Shown piece after piece: positions 26,513 to 40,701 of a stretch of 64,000 nt of DNA. The position numbers and the translations under genes are program-made. Numbering within the stretch: position 1 is the first letter of the stretch; the number at the start of each line of letters is the position of its first letter. The notes under the pieces were generated by a model, which did no database searches, was not told the DNA's origin, and saw only the letters and a list, made by a program, of their open reading frames with translations. Source of the DNA: Octopus vulgaris (lineage: Eukaryota); the NCBI GenBank assembly GCA_951406725.2, contig OX597819.1:49972001-50036000 (forward strand), read 5' to 3'.

Positions 26513-26875
26513 TGCGGAGAAATGGCTAAACTTTGCCATGTTTATACCATATGTTACGTATATATTATATCATACCCTGAGACTGTGTGAACTTAAGATC
26601 CCCGTTGACAGGTCGCTGGTATTTATAGAGTGTTAAACACTTTCAGTAATGCAAATTAGGGACGTCTTCATAGAGTAACTGCTGCATTTGTTGAGTATAT
26701 AAACAATTTGGCTGCTTGTTTCTCTGGAGACTGTCAGAATCATGTAGACGACTCTGATGAGAACCCAATAAGGTTTGAATATCGATGAAGGCTCCCTATC
26801 ATTTTTTTTCCAGTCTGCGGAGAAATGGCTAAGATTTGCCCTGTTTATAATTATACCATATGTTACATATATGAA
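26513..26875 (+). mobile_element. Terminally redundant ~303-bp unit with degenerate HHR (26754-26782)
   Basis: tgcggagaaatggctaa..tttgcc.tgtttat..accatatgttac.tatat at 26513 and 26816; internal CTGATGA GAACC-caata-AGGTTT GAATA. Confidence 0.55.
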
Positions 26876-27320
26876 TATACAGTATGCGTGTGTGTGTGTG
26901 TGTGTGTGCATGTGTGTGTGTGATGATGTGTGTGTGTGCATGTGTGTGTGTGATGATGTGTGTGTGTATATATATATATGTGTGTGTGTGTGTACATAAA
27001 TATTCACATGCATATGTTCATATATGTACGTATGTATATACATATAAATTTGAAGTCACATATATGTATATATATATATATATATATGTATGTACCTCTT
27101 CATACACATACAGACACACAGATATACTTATGCAGTCACTCACACATTCTCACACACAACTACATATGTATCCAGACGAACTGGAAACAGATCGTACATT
27201 TGTGACGTTCGATTTTTAGAAAAGAAGTTTAATAAACTTTATATATTATAAACTTTATGCATATATCAATACATGTTTCAATACATATTTTAATACGTTT
27301 TTTCTCATCTTTATAAATGC

Positions 27321-27377
<57 letters not shown>

Positions 27378-27495
27378 TGTGTGTGTGAGACTGTGTGCGT
27401 ACGCGTCTGTATGTCTGTGTGTTTTTATGTATCTATAGCTATACATATATTTGGAAAGCGTAAAAAGGAGAAAGAAAGAAAGAAAATTAGAAGGA

Positions 27496-27547
<52 letters not shown>

Positions 27548-28389
27548 GAGGGAAAGAGAAAGTGTGAGGGATGTATGATCGAGTGTTCTCTATGTAACAT
27601 ATGTTTGTACCTTTGTTGAGATAAAAGGCTGTCACTGCAATGAGAGTATCTTTATGCTTAATTTGTAGGTAAAAAATTAGAGATGTCACTTTGATATCTA
27701 GTCAGCGAGACATGCGGGTAGCGGTTGTTATTTTTATTAACAATTATATACAACTTAATGTCGAAAATGTATGTAACGATAGGCGCCCAGTCCCGCTCTC
27801 ACCTTCTATGACTCTCAATCTCGTTACATATGTTCTTTCACTATTATTTCTGACAAGCGGATTGTATCTACCATTCTCGAGTTACTCATTCTTGTTGTAC
27901 TTTACTGATAGCATTATTATTATTATCAGTGTTGTAGTTCTTTTTTGTTGTTGTTGTTGTTGTTGTTTTAGTTGTTGTGTTGTTCCCAGGTCAGACCTGA
28001 CCGATCAGAACTAAGATAAAAACATATCCCGACCATAGCCATCCAGCATTGTATTTTCGTGTAAAATATTCAACGTGTGCTTTTATTTTTAAAGACAGTA
28101 TCGTGGGATTTGAGGGAGAATTAGCTGCTGTTTCAGGTAGATCGAGCAACCAATAACAGATTGAATGTCTGTATAAAAAGAAGCTCTATTATTGACTGAA
28201 ATAAAGTAGAGAGGAAAACATGAATTCTACAATATAAATGAGATCGTTTCTGAATTTCCTTCATCATTATTCTCTACCCTTGAATACATACACATACACA
28301 CGCATAAATACACACAAACACATGTGTGCATACGCATACGTATACACATTCGTACGCAAACATTTTTTAAAGATGCAAAAATTGCAAAG

Positions 28390-28620
28390 AGTATTTTAAA
28401 ATAATGTAAAAGTTAGATATAGCTGCACCGAAGACGTTACTAGAATTTATGGAAAAATCTACCTCGATGCAACCACGGCAAAAACATTCAAGAATAGGTA
28501 TATTCAACATAGCCACTCTCCTAGAATCAAGGAGGCACAAAACACCATCATACTGTCTCTGTACATATGGGATCCAAAAGAGAAGCACTGACAGCACCAT
28601 CAAATTCTACTCAATTATGT
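28390..28620 (+). pseudogene. Decayed PLE GIY-YIG fragment (different lineage from 56650-58845)
   Basis: NNVKVRYSC...IYLDATTAKTFKNRYIQHSHS...NTIILSLYIWDPKEK resembles the YIG.T...FK.RY..H..SF...T.LSKYIW.LK pattern of some PLE endonucleases. Confidence 0.5.
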
Positions 28621-29474
28621 AAACTGTCGTTCTATGCATAAACGGTTCAAAAAGATGTTCACTACGACTTGCTGAAAAATACAAGGTATATTGGATGTAG
28701 TTGCCTATAACTCCTATCATTTTTATCATCCCGTGTTTTTTAATAGTTTCGTTTGAGAACACATATCAACGTCCATGGCACTTTTCAACGCCCCAGTAAG
28801 CGATAGAGAAGAGGAAAGAAATCATCCTCTGATCGGTCACCAGGTTCGAATGTTTTTAAGGAAGTGGACATCGGAGAATAAGACGGTGGATAATGTTAAA
28901 TCTGGCGTCGAATTAATCTCCTACCTTTGCCCCCCCCCCCCACCAAAAAAAAAACAAAAAAACAAATAGGAAAAACATACTTCCGACTGGTTTTGCATTT
29001 ACCGCTCCTTCCCTTCCAATTATCACCCACAAGACTTTGTGTTGTAGTGTTGGAGGTGATTATCACGACTCGGGGCATGGTGCGATCGTTGCTATTTTTA
29101 ATGATGCTAATTACTCTCTATAGCGTTTTAATGTTTGTTTGTGGTTTACGTTTGATACAAACGTTTTTCCAATTTTCTTGTTTTATTTGTTATTTCCTTG
29201 TTTAGTTCTTTGAAGTCGAGGTTTATTTCTCTTGTGTGATATGATGTGTTGTGTAATTGTATTGAAGCTATCTCTAGTTTTTTTTTTTATGAGATTGGCT
29301 ATTTATGATGTGTAATTGAAGTTATATTATTTATGTTGTCACGTGGAAATATGCTGCTTTTTCTTTCGATGTATTTATTCTGTAGAAAGTCAATAGGCTG
29401 ATTGTTGGGAGGTCATTGATTCATATACGTTTGTAGATACTGTGACTTGTGTGTGTATGTGTGTGTGTGTGCGT

Positions 29475-29510
<36 letters not shown>

Positions 29511-29592
29511 GAATTATACAACTGTGAAGTAGTATTAAGAATATTTTCTTTGATTTGGTGCGCTTAATCCACATTATTACGTAACGAGCATA

Positions 29593-29813
29593 AGGCCGGT
29601 TTCCCCCGTTTGTCTGGCGTATGTATACCCCCTTCCCCCACCGGGATGGGACGTCGGTCCGTCGTAGGATTACTCACTTATACCAGCTGAGTGGATTGGA
29701 GCTACGTGAAATGAAATCTTTTGTTCAAAAACACAACGTTTCACCCGGCCCAGGAATCGAAACTACAATCTTACGATCATGAGTCCAACACCCTAACCAC
29801 TAGGCTATGCGCC
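29593..29813 (-). mobile_element. tRNA-derived SINE (family B-type head)
   Basis: Reverse complement aggcgcatagcctagtggttagggtgttggactc..gtttcgattcctggg. Confidence 0.65.
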
Positions 29814-30213
29814 TATTGATTTGGTATACCAGTCATTTATTCTTGACTTATTATTTTCTCGCAAGAAGCTTATGTTGTTGCTTTTAAATATTTATAATTA
29901 CGTTCAATTATTCGTTGAATCCTTTTAATGAAGCATAATTTGATTAAGATCACCTACCATTTAATTTCATGAGAGTTTTAATTACTGCATACATAAATAA
30001 TCTTAAGAATTCAATTTCATGTTGTGTACAGTATTGCCTCAATTGGCTTTTCTATACGTTTGTCGATTTTTGTAACTTACCCAACTTAAAACTGTTTTAT
30101 GTGCATCGCCTACTGGCAGGGCCGGATTAAGTGTCATAGAGGACCTAAGCCCTTGAAAGATTTTGATGCACCCATATATATGCAATTCAATATATAAACA
30201 GTAATAAATCCAC

Positions 30214-30504
30214 GGGCATATGGCGTAGTGGTTAAGAGCGCGAGCTACTAACCCCAAGATTCCGAGTTCGATTCCAGGCAGTGACCTGAATAACAACAAC
30301 AACAACAACAACAACATCGAAAAATACCTTATGAATGAGAATCCAGTTTCGAAGTTTCCTCAAGACACCTGATGAAAGCTGGAGGGTATATCAGCCGAAA
30401 CGTTGTGTTAACAACAATCAAGATGAGGACAAAGATCCGTCAAATGTAAATAATATAAATAATGTAAATAATGTAAATAATTCCTCATCTCTTAAATACA
30501 GAAC
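30214..30504 (+). mobile_element. tRNA-headed element carrying a hammerhead ribozyme (30365-30409)
   Basis: Head 30214-30286 with A-box TGGCGTAGTGG and B-box GAGTTCGATTCC; (CAA)n; ACAC CTGATGA AAGCTGG...TCAGCC GAAA CGT T GTGT; (AATGTAAAT)n tail. Confidence 0.75.
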
Positions 30505-30642
30505 CGTAGTAATAAAACATGAAATGAATTTTCATTTTTCAAAGTGAAACAAAACTAACAGTAAGATGGAAAATAATGTTTATTTTTGTATCTTTCCACT
30601 TGATTTTATATTTGAAAAAATTTCTCCTTTTTTTAATTACTC

Positions 30643-31072
30643 TTTACTCTTTTACTTGTTTCAGTATTTGACTGTGGCCATGCTGGAGCACCGCCTTTAG
30701 TCGAGAAAATCGACCCTAGGACTTATTCTTTGTAAGCCTAGTACTTTTTCTATCAGGGTCTTTTTGCCGAACCGCTAAGTTACGGGGATGTAAACACACC
30801 AGCATCGTTTGTCAAGCGATGTTGGGGGGGACAAACACAGACACACAAACATACACACACATACATATATATATATACGACGGGCTTCTTTCAGTTTCCG
30901 TCTACCAAATCCACTCACAAGGCTCTGGTCGGCCCGAAGCTATAGTAGAAGACACTTGCCCAAGGTGCTACGTAGTGGGTCTGAACCCGGAACCATGTGG
31001 TTCCGGGTTCAGTCGGTTCCGTAGTGTGGTTCCGTAGTGTGGTAAGTAGCAAGCTACTTACCACACTACGCC
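30643..31072 (-). mobile_element. SINE family A copy
   Basis: Reverse complement of 42161-42600; rearranged at the head. Confidence 0.85.
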
Positions 31073-31225
31073 TTTGCAAATTCTTTAATCAGATCCTCAC
31101 TATGTCACCATGAACCCTTCGAAATTATATTTTCGATCTTATTCGAGGGAGCGCTGGAAAGTTCCTGTCTTTAAGGGTATCGCGATTAACTGATCCTCCT
31201 GTATTTTCTTTTATCCAAAGCAGCC

Positions 31226-31283
<58 letters not shown>

Positions 31284-31284
<1 letters not shown>

Positions 31285-32268
31285 TAGCATTATGACCCGG
31301 CGTTGCCGGGTCATAGTGCTAGTTTGGTATAAATTTGTTAAATTAAAAATTTGGGGTAATAAAACATACAATGACATATCAAAAAGACGAATTAAAATTC
31401 CAGAGAAAAATACATAGAAGATAAATATACAAATATACAAAAATACATAAAAGTTCATCTCCGTTTCGGAGATGCGCCAATTAATATGAAACATATCATA
31501 TATTTAAAATTGACACTCCTCTCGTCAGGATGTTTTTTTACACACAACACATCGTACACGGAAACAAATGCACAATTACATACCGGCTACATGCGAAAGA
31601 CCAGACATTACGTACTCCCCAAAATTCTCATAGATAATGAATGCTACTTTATAAGCATATAATTCAATCTAGCAGCTATAGTAAATGGTATGCGCACAGC
31701 TCCATCTGGACTAATTCACTTCTGCACTCAATTAAATTTTTAATCTTTTAATTTCTCCCATTCATGCAAAGCTACATATTCGAGTTCAAGTACTTGATGC
31801 ATTTTATACTAATTGCTATTTTTTTCTTTTAATTGTTATATCACGATTTAATTACCATACTTTAGTTTCATTTTATTTACTACTTACTATATTTACTATA
31901 TTTAATTCAATTGTTATTATTACCTATAAATTTTATTTCTACTTTTATTTTTAAATTTCTTATGGAACGTCGAGTGGATCTTATGCGTACAATATATTTT
32001 TATATGATGTCTATATATTTATATATTATTATAATATATTTATAAACGTTGGGCTTTATATCTGTTCTGTAGATATAAATGAATATATGAATATATGTAT
32101 GTGTTTGATCTTTCTGTGGATTTTGTAGTGCTCTTGTAGTTGCTGCTCGCATCGCCTCCCCTCGGATTAAAAAGTGTATACAGCTCATTTGAGCACTACT
32201 ATTCCAGCCTGTTATATATTTTGAGCGTTGTTGTCACTAACAATCTCAAGATATAACTTTATATTTTG

Positions 32269-32323
<55 letters not shown>

Positions 32324-32705
32324 CATATACATACACTAGAGAGATGTTTTTGTTTCCCTTTTAACACGTGATACTGAAATAGTGGAGAAGATATGATATT
32401 GCTGTGGGCTCGCACTAGGCAAGAAGTTGAACATTTTTTGCCCATGAAACTACATGGACCCTAATTAAGTCATGTGTAAAATTTGAATGAAATTAGTTGT
32501 GTAGTTCTCAAGTTTTAGGGAATCATAGTGGAGATGATATGATATTGCTGTGGGCTCGCCCTAGGAAAAAAGTAAAAATTTTTTTGCCGATGACACTCCC
32601 CGGACCCTAAGTAAAGCATGTGTAAAATTTGAATGAAATTGGTTTTGTAGTTCTCAAGCTTTAGGGAAACACACAGACAGACAAACAGACATACATTCTC
32701 AGTTT

Positions 32706-32712
<7 letters not shown>
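31284..32712 (-). mobile_element. Non-autonomous Helitron inserted in (TA)n
   Basis: Minus-strand 3' end: long hairpin tatgacccggcaacgccgggtcata followed by CTAG|T; ~146-bp internal tandem duplication at 32380-32665; (GTCT)n near the 5' end. Confidence 0.7.
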
Positions 32713-32779
<67 letters not shown>

Positions 32780-33099
32780 GAGGGGGCGTTGAAAAGTTCC
32801 TGGCTTCAAGATATTCCCCTCTCAAATTCACACACTTATTCTAGCGGTCCTTCATTTCGTCTAAGCCCTGTGAAGGAAGTCAGAAGGTTGGGCCTCCAAC
32901 CAGGCCTTTCGGCACGCCCTAAGCTAATTTCGTTCCTATACTTACGTGGCAAATCAATACCCACCTAATAAGGACCCAATAGTTTCTTTCTGTCCGCCTG
33001 TCTGTCTATCTCTTTCAGCTAGGATTTGTATATATTTATTGAATATTCATAATAAACCATTCTGTGACAAAAGCCTGCATTAGTACCATTCCAACATTC

Positions 33100-33711
33100 T
33101 TTTCTACTCTAGGCATACGGCCCGAAATCTTTGGGGATGGGGCCAGTCGATTTGTACGCAACTGGTACTTAATTTATCGACCCTGAAACGATGAAAGGCA
33201 AAGATTACCTCGGCGGAATTTGAACTCAGACGAAAGACCGCTAAGCATTTCGTCCGGCGTGCTAGATTCTACCAGCTCGCCGCCTTTGTTCTTTTCTATT
33301 CTGGGCACAAAGACTGAAATTTGGGGGAAGGGATTAAGTTGATTACATTGACCCCAGTGCATAAGTGGTACTTTTTTAATCGATCCCGAAATGATGAGAG
33401 GCAAAGTCGACCTTGGCGGAATTTGAACTCAGAACGTAAAGACAAACGAAATACCTATTTCTTTACTACTCACAAGGGGCTAAACGCAGAAGGGACAAAC
33501 AAGGACAGACAAACAGATTAAGTCGATTATTACCAACCCAGTGCGTAACTGGTACTGTTTTAATCGACCCCGAAAGGATGAAAGGCAAAGTCGACCTCGG
33601 CGGAATTTGAATTCAGAACGTAACGGCAGACGAAATACCTATTTCTTTACTACCCACAAGGGGCTACGCATTTCGCCCGGCGTGTTAATGTTTCTGCCAG
33701 CTCACCGCCTT
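33100..33711 (-). mobile_element. SINE family C cluster with internal ~184-bp tandem repeats
   Basis: gaaatacctatttctttactac at ~33448 and ~33632; reverse complement of 23354-23985. Confidence 0.8.
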
Positions 33712-33983
33712 AATACCATTCCAATATAATCGAACTGAATGTGACCCCACATCTAGGCCAACATCTCAATCATTCAGTTGTTGAATCTATGAGTTTCTCC
33801 ACAGGGGATTATTTTTCATTATTTTACCAGCAAGGCTAGAAATAATTGCTCGCACTAGATTAATTAATTTGTGTATTATAACAGAGTATTCGGTAATTCT
33901 CCTATGATCACTAATTGACAAATCTGAAACCACAGAACAATTTATTCTGTATATTAATTGATATGTAAAATAAATTGTGTGTG

Positions 33984-34054
<71 letters not shown>

Positions 34055-34077
34055 TAATAATAATAAAAATAATAATA

Positions 34078-34153
<76 letters not shown>

Positions 34154-34279
34154 TGTGTGTGTGTGCGTGCGTGTGCGTGTAGGGAGGAAAGAGATTATGC
34201 GCGATTTTCCCGATTGTAATCCCATCGAAGATGAAAGAGGGATTCCAATTCGTTTGAAAATGAAAACCCTTCTGCTCTC

Positions 34280-34312
<33 letters not shown>

Positions 34313-34338
34313 GTATGTATGTATTTGTGAATCTATCC

Positions 34339-34478
<140 letters not shown>

Positions 34479-34832
34479 GTCTTTCTGTCTATCTGTCTGT
34501 TTGTCTGTCTGTCTGCCTTTCTATCTGCCTGCCTGTCTGTCTGCCTGTTTGTCCCTCTCCATCTCTTTATAGTACAGAAACAATTGCAACGAATCATTAC
34601 TAAGTGAATGATGCAAGGATTGTTCCAATACATTTGTAGGCTGGTGAGATCTGTGTAGTAGTTACCCATCCTGGATCTTGCCTGTCTAGGAGGGCCTGCA
34701 AATGAGAGGAGCACATCACCTCAACCCTTTGTTTACCAATGTCTTTTCAAAAATGTTTGTATCTCTAATTAACAAATCTAAGATACTTGATAATATATTA
34801 AGAGTATTGACTAATACATAGGTCTGCGCAAG

Positions 34833-34909
<77 letters not shown>

Positions 34910-35456
34910 CAGAGACAGAGAGGGAGGGAGAAAGGAAAGAAAAGAAAAGAAGAAGAGTGGTTCCCACTGCAAAGGAGTTGAATATGAATACATTGGAAGG
35001 AGTCATGATGCTTCGCTTGTAGAACCATGTTCTCTTGAAGAAGGGGGCGGAGTTTATTTGCACGCCAAATAATTTTAGAGCAAAAGATGAGAATTATTTT
35101 ATAATGAATTAATTAAAAACGCATGATTTACGTCAGTGTAAAGGAATTATATAGTGTCTGTCTGTCTGTCTGTCTTTCTGTCTGTCTTTCTGTCTGTATG
35201 TATGTATGTAAGTACACACACGCACACACACGCACACACATTATCCAAATAATAAGACGACAAAGAAATCTTTCAACTCATCTCTAATGATCCGTTGCAA
35301 TTCTTTCTGTACCAACTCTGCTTGCAAATACCAGTTTACGCAAACATTCGAAGTGAAAATTTACTCAATGTTTGCGGTTTTAGACATTAGAGCGGCACTC
35401 GATCAGACATGCATCAAAGGTACGCTCTTACATTGTTATATACATACATACATACA

Positions 35457-35514
<58 letters not shown>

Positions 35515-35520
<6 letters not shown>

Positions 35521-36426
35521 TAAATAAAACATATGCATATATATAAACATATATGTACGTACCTACCTCTACATGTACATATACACGCATATATGAGTAC
35601 AGGACACCAAAAAGACGTCGAACACAATGAGAAACGAAAACATAGACGCAAACCCAAGGAACTGGACATTTTTTTAAACAACAAAAAAATAGAGTACAGG
35701 ACAATTAACACAAAGAAAAAACCCCTTCTTCAGTCGCTATAGTTTCATCTACTCTACGTTTCGAAGGTGAAAGCGAGACGTATCTTCGACAAGAAACTTT
35801 CCTTCCTGCGAAAAGCAAATCAATTAAAATTTTGAGATCTTTTCGCAGAGGGGTAAAAAATGGTAACAAAAACAGGACAGTAACGACAGTACAAATTATA
35901 AACAGTAAAAGACAGGACAAGGAAAAACAAGATAAGAAGGGCTGTTAACGCCGAACGAAAAAAAGTATTACGAACGCGGATTTTTTTGTGAACGACGAAC
36001 GGAGCAAAAAGAATTGCCGTCCACACCTCGAGAGGGTTAGGCTAGAAAGACAGTAGCGGAAGTCTCGTCGCGGGTCAACGACGGGAGGGGGAGGAGGAGC
36101 AAGAGAAAGGGAGAGAAGAAGGGGAATGGTTGTGAGGAAACCACGAAGAATGAGAGAGGGAGAGAGAGAGAGAGTGAAGAATGAGAGAGAGGGAGAGACA
36201 AGTTAAGTAGAGGAAAAGGAAATCAAAGAATGAAGGCTGAGAAAGGGATGGGACAGAAAGGTTAAGAGTGCGCATCAAAGTTAATATCAAGAACAAAACT
36301 TAATATCAAGAACAAACTTACTTAAAAAGGGATGCGTGCATTTCGTCATATAATATATTAATAAATAAAACATATGCATATATATAAACATATATGTACG
36401 TACCTACCTCTACATATACATATACA

Positions 36427-36430
<4 letters not shown>
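35515..36430. mobile_element. Terminally redundant non-coding element in (TA)n (~75-bp direct repeats, ~840-bp period)
   Basis: attaataaataaaacatatgcatatatataaacatatatgtacgtacctacctctacat.tacatatacacgcatat at ~35516 and ~36357; related layout at 37857-38737. Confidence 0.7.
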
Positions 36431-36468
<38 letters not shown>

Positions 36469-36472
<4 letters not shown>

Positions 36473-37670
36473 TCGCCATACTAATATGGCATTCTTATAA
36501 AAATAAGAAAAAAGCTGTCCGCTTATTAGCTCCATGAGGCCATCGCCTTAAGTTAGCTATTTGATACACAAACTGTATCCATATAACCTTCGAACAAGGG
36601 AGGTCAGTCGCTCCACACTACTTGACCGGCAGCTACAGACGCGTTTCGGGGTATTGCCCCTTTTCAATGCAGCGTAGCCAGCCAGTAGGTGTCGCTTCCG
36701 ACAATCTCTGTTCGATGGTTTTATTTACCTAGTTTCGGTGGAATACATCCACTTGTTTTCAATAATAGAAATATTAAAATAACTAAGTCTCTCTAAAAGA
36801 GAATAGCGGCAGCGTTCCCGGAAAATAATAGTTATCGCCATACTAATATGGCATTCTTATAAAAATAAGAAAAAAGCTGTCCGCTTATTAGCTTCATGAG
36901 GCCATCGCCTTAAGTTAGCTATTTGATACACAAACTGTATCCATATAACCTTCGAACAAGGGAGGTCAGTCGCTCCACACTACTTGACCGGCAGCTACAG
37001 ACGCGTTTCGGGGTATTGCCCCTTTTCAATGCAGCGTAGCCAGCCAGTAGGTGTCGCTTCCGACAATCTCTGTTCGATGGTTTTATTTACCTAGTTTCGG
37101 TGGAATACATCCATTGTTCGAAGGTTATATGGATACAGTTTGTGTATCAAATAGCTAACTTAAGGCGATGGCCTCATGGAGCTAATAAGCGGACAGCTTT
37201 TTTCTTATTTTTATAAGAATGCCATATTAGTATGGCGATAACTATTATTTTCCGGGAACGCTGCCGCTATTCTCTTTTAGAGAGACTTAGTTATTTTAAT
37301 ATTTCTATTATTGAAAACAAGTGGATGTATTCCACCGAAACTAGGTAAATAAAACCATCGAACAGAGATTGTCGGAAGCGACACCTACTGGCTGGCTACG
37401 CTGCATTGAAAAGGGGCAATACCCGAAACGCGTCTGTAGCTGCCGGTCAAGTAGTGTGGAGCGACTGACCTCCCTTGTTCGAAGGTTATATGGATACAGT
37501 TTGTGTATCAAATAGCTAACTTAAGGCGATGGCCTCATGGAGCTAATAAGCGGACAGCTTTTTTCTTATTTTTATAAGAATGCCATATTAGTATGGCGAT
37601 AATATTATTTTCCGGGAACGCTGCCGCTATTCTCTTTTAGAGAGACTTAGTTATTTTAATATTTCTATTA
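36469..37670. mobile_element. 362-bp tandem retrozyme-like repeat with orientation switch at ~37113; three HHRs (36632-36673 -, 36994-37035 -, 37400-37440 +)
   Basis: gttatcgccatac at 36469 and 36831; GCTGCA TTGAAAA GGGG-caata-CCCC GAAA CGCG TC TGTAGC; (TA)n both sides. Confidence 0.9.
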
Positions 37671-37671
37671 T

Positions 37672-37707
<36 letters not shown>

Positions 37708-37710
37708 CTG

Positions 37711-37790
<80 letters not shown>

Positions 37791-37856
37791 TATATATATA
37801 AAGTTAATCCAAACATGAAAACACACGCGGTCACATTTTGAATGACCGGAAGGAAA

Positions 37857-38737
<881 letters not shown>

Positions 38738-39267
38738 TCGGGACTTATGAAAGAAAGCTTGTGCAGCAACCCCTCGTCTATCGCGGGTACATTCCAAAAC
38801 ACCCCATGATAGGTGAAGATCCGCGAAGTAGAAACACTACTGTACTGTATATATACTATAATTTAATCTATATACATTAAATTAAATAATTAATTAATTA
38901 ATTAATTTAATAAACATCTAAATTCAATCTTATTCTAATTAAGTAATATATACTAAAAAACTTCATGTTAAGTTATATACATAATGCTACTACAGACTAT
39001 GAATATTAGAATTAAAAATAGAACATGGTTCAAATATATACACACCTGTTATATAAACTTACTTATATTATTAATTTATATATAGCATATATAGATTTAA
39101 TATTTCACTCACTTATATAGTTACTTAAATGTAATACTACGTAACAAATAGACCTCCTAACTATTAAATGATATATTGTCTTACAAAACTATTTCTAGAA
39201 GTAAATTATATGTATACGTCAAATCACATTAACAATATTATTTAATTTTTAAATTGTATTATGTATG

Positions 39268-39300
<33 letters not shown>

Positions 39301-39712
39301 GTTAAATATTAATTTATATATAATATTTTGATAATTATTAGTTACGATACGTATATCTATTTGATTTATTATATTTATTATTATTTTCATAAAGTGATTT
39401 AACGTATTGCATATAATTTACTTTGGTTGCCTTGTTAACCACAAATGAAGAATATTTACCCACCGATACGGTGTTGAACACGCATTCTCACTGTTGGATA
39501 TTAGCACATATAAGTGTGTATGGCATGTATGGTGTGTGTGTGTGCATGCGTATATATATATATGTGTGTGTGTGTGTGAGTGAGTGAGTGAGTGTGTATC
39601 CATTGGTCCACTGTTGTTCAATCCGAGAAAATCTGAGTTTTGCGTCAGCGAGGTGAATTCTGCTGAAAAGACTATTTTGCTCTCACAATGACTCATATTG
39701 CACGCGCGCACG

Positions 39713-39771
<59 letters not shown>

Positions 39772-40408
39772 CCCATTCTTTTGTCTCTCGCTTCGATCCC
39801 CTGTCGATTTCGTCAAAGTGCATTCCAGTTATTTGATTAACTGGAACACATGTATACCAGTTGTTCGATTAACTGGAATACATGTGGAATGCACATAGTG
39901 CAAATAATGAAGCGTACGTGAAAATGGCTGAGCTTTCCATATACGAGTACAATCAACGTAATTCTCAAGTAACATTAGCATCAGTGACTATGAGAAGGCT
40001 GGATCAATCAGTTACAGTTACAGTCCCATAGATAGGCTTCCACACAGTTTCCATCTACCCAGTTTCACTCACAAATTTTGGAATGACTCCAGGCTTATAG
40101 TAAAAGAAACTTTCTCAAGGTACCACATTTTATGATGGAACTTGGAATCTCGTGATTGCCAACCAGAGTTTTTATCCATTTCTCAGCCCTGTGCCAATGA
40201 TTTTCACTTTCTCCCGCCTCCATAATTACTTCTATTTTTCACTTTTATATTTAGCCACACACACATATCCCAGACACACGCACAAACACACCTACACACC
40301 TCATACACCATACATGTCACACACGCACACAAAAGTATAGTCTCTCACACATGCATAAATTAATATATACGCATTTACAAATTAAAAGGACGCACACATT
40401 CATACACG

Positions 40409-40448
<40 letters not shown>

Positions 40449-40596
40449 CTAGTGATACACATAAACACACTCAAATATACACTCAATCAAATAGACTCGA
40501 AAATTTATGTGCGTCGATATGGGTGTGTCAGTATATACATGCGCACGCGCGTGCACATAAATACATACACATATACATGCATTCACACACATAAAA

Positions 40597-40640
<44 letters not shown>

Positions 40641-40658
40641 ATACATATATATATATAA

Positions 40659-40701
<43 letters not shown>

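Noticed and set aside
30214-30286. Functional tRNA gene
   Set aside because: Acceptor and anticodon stems pair poorly and no T-run terminator follows; better read as an element head
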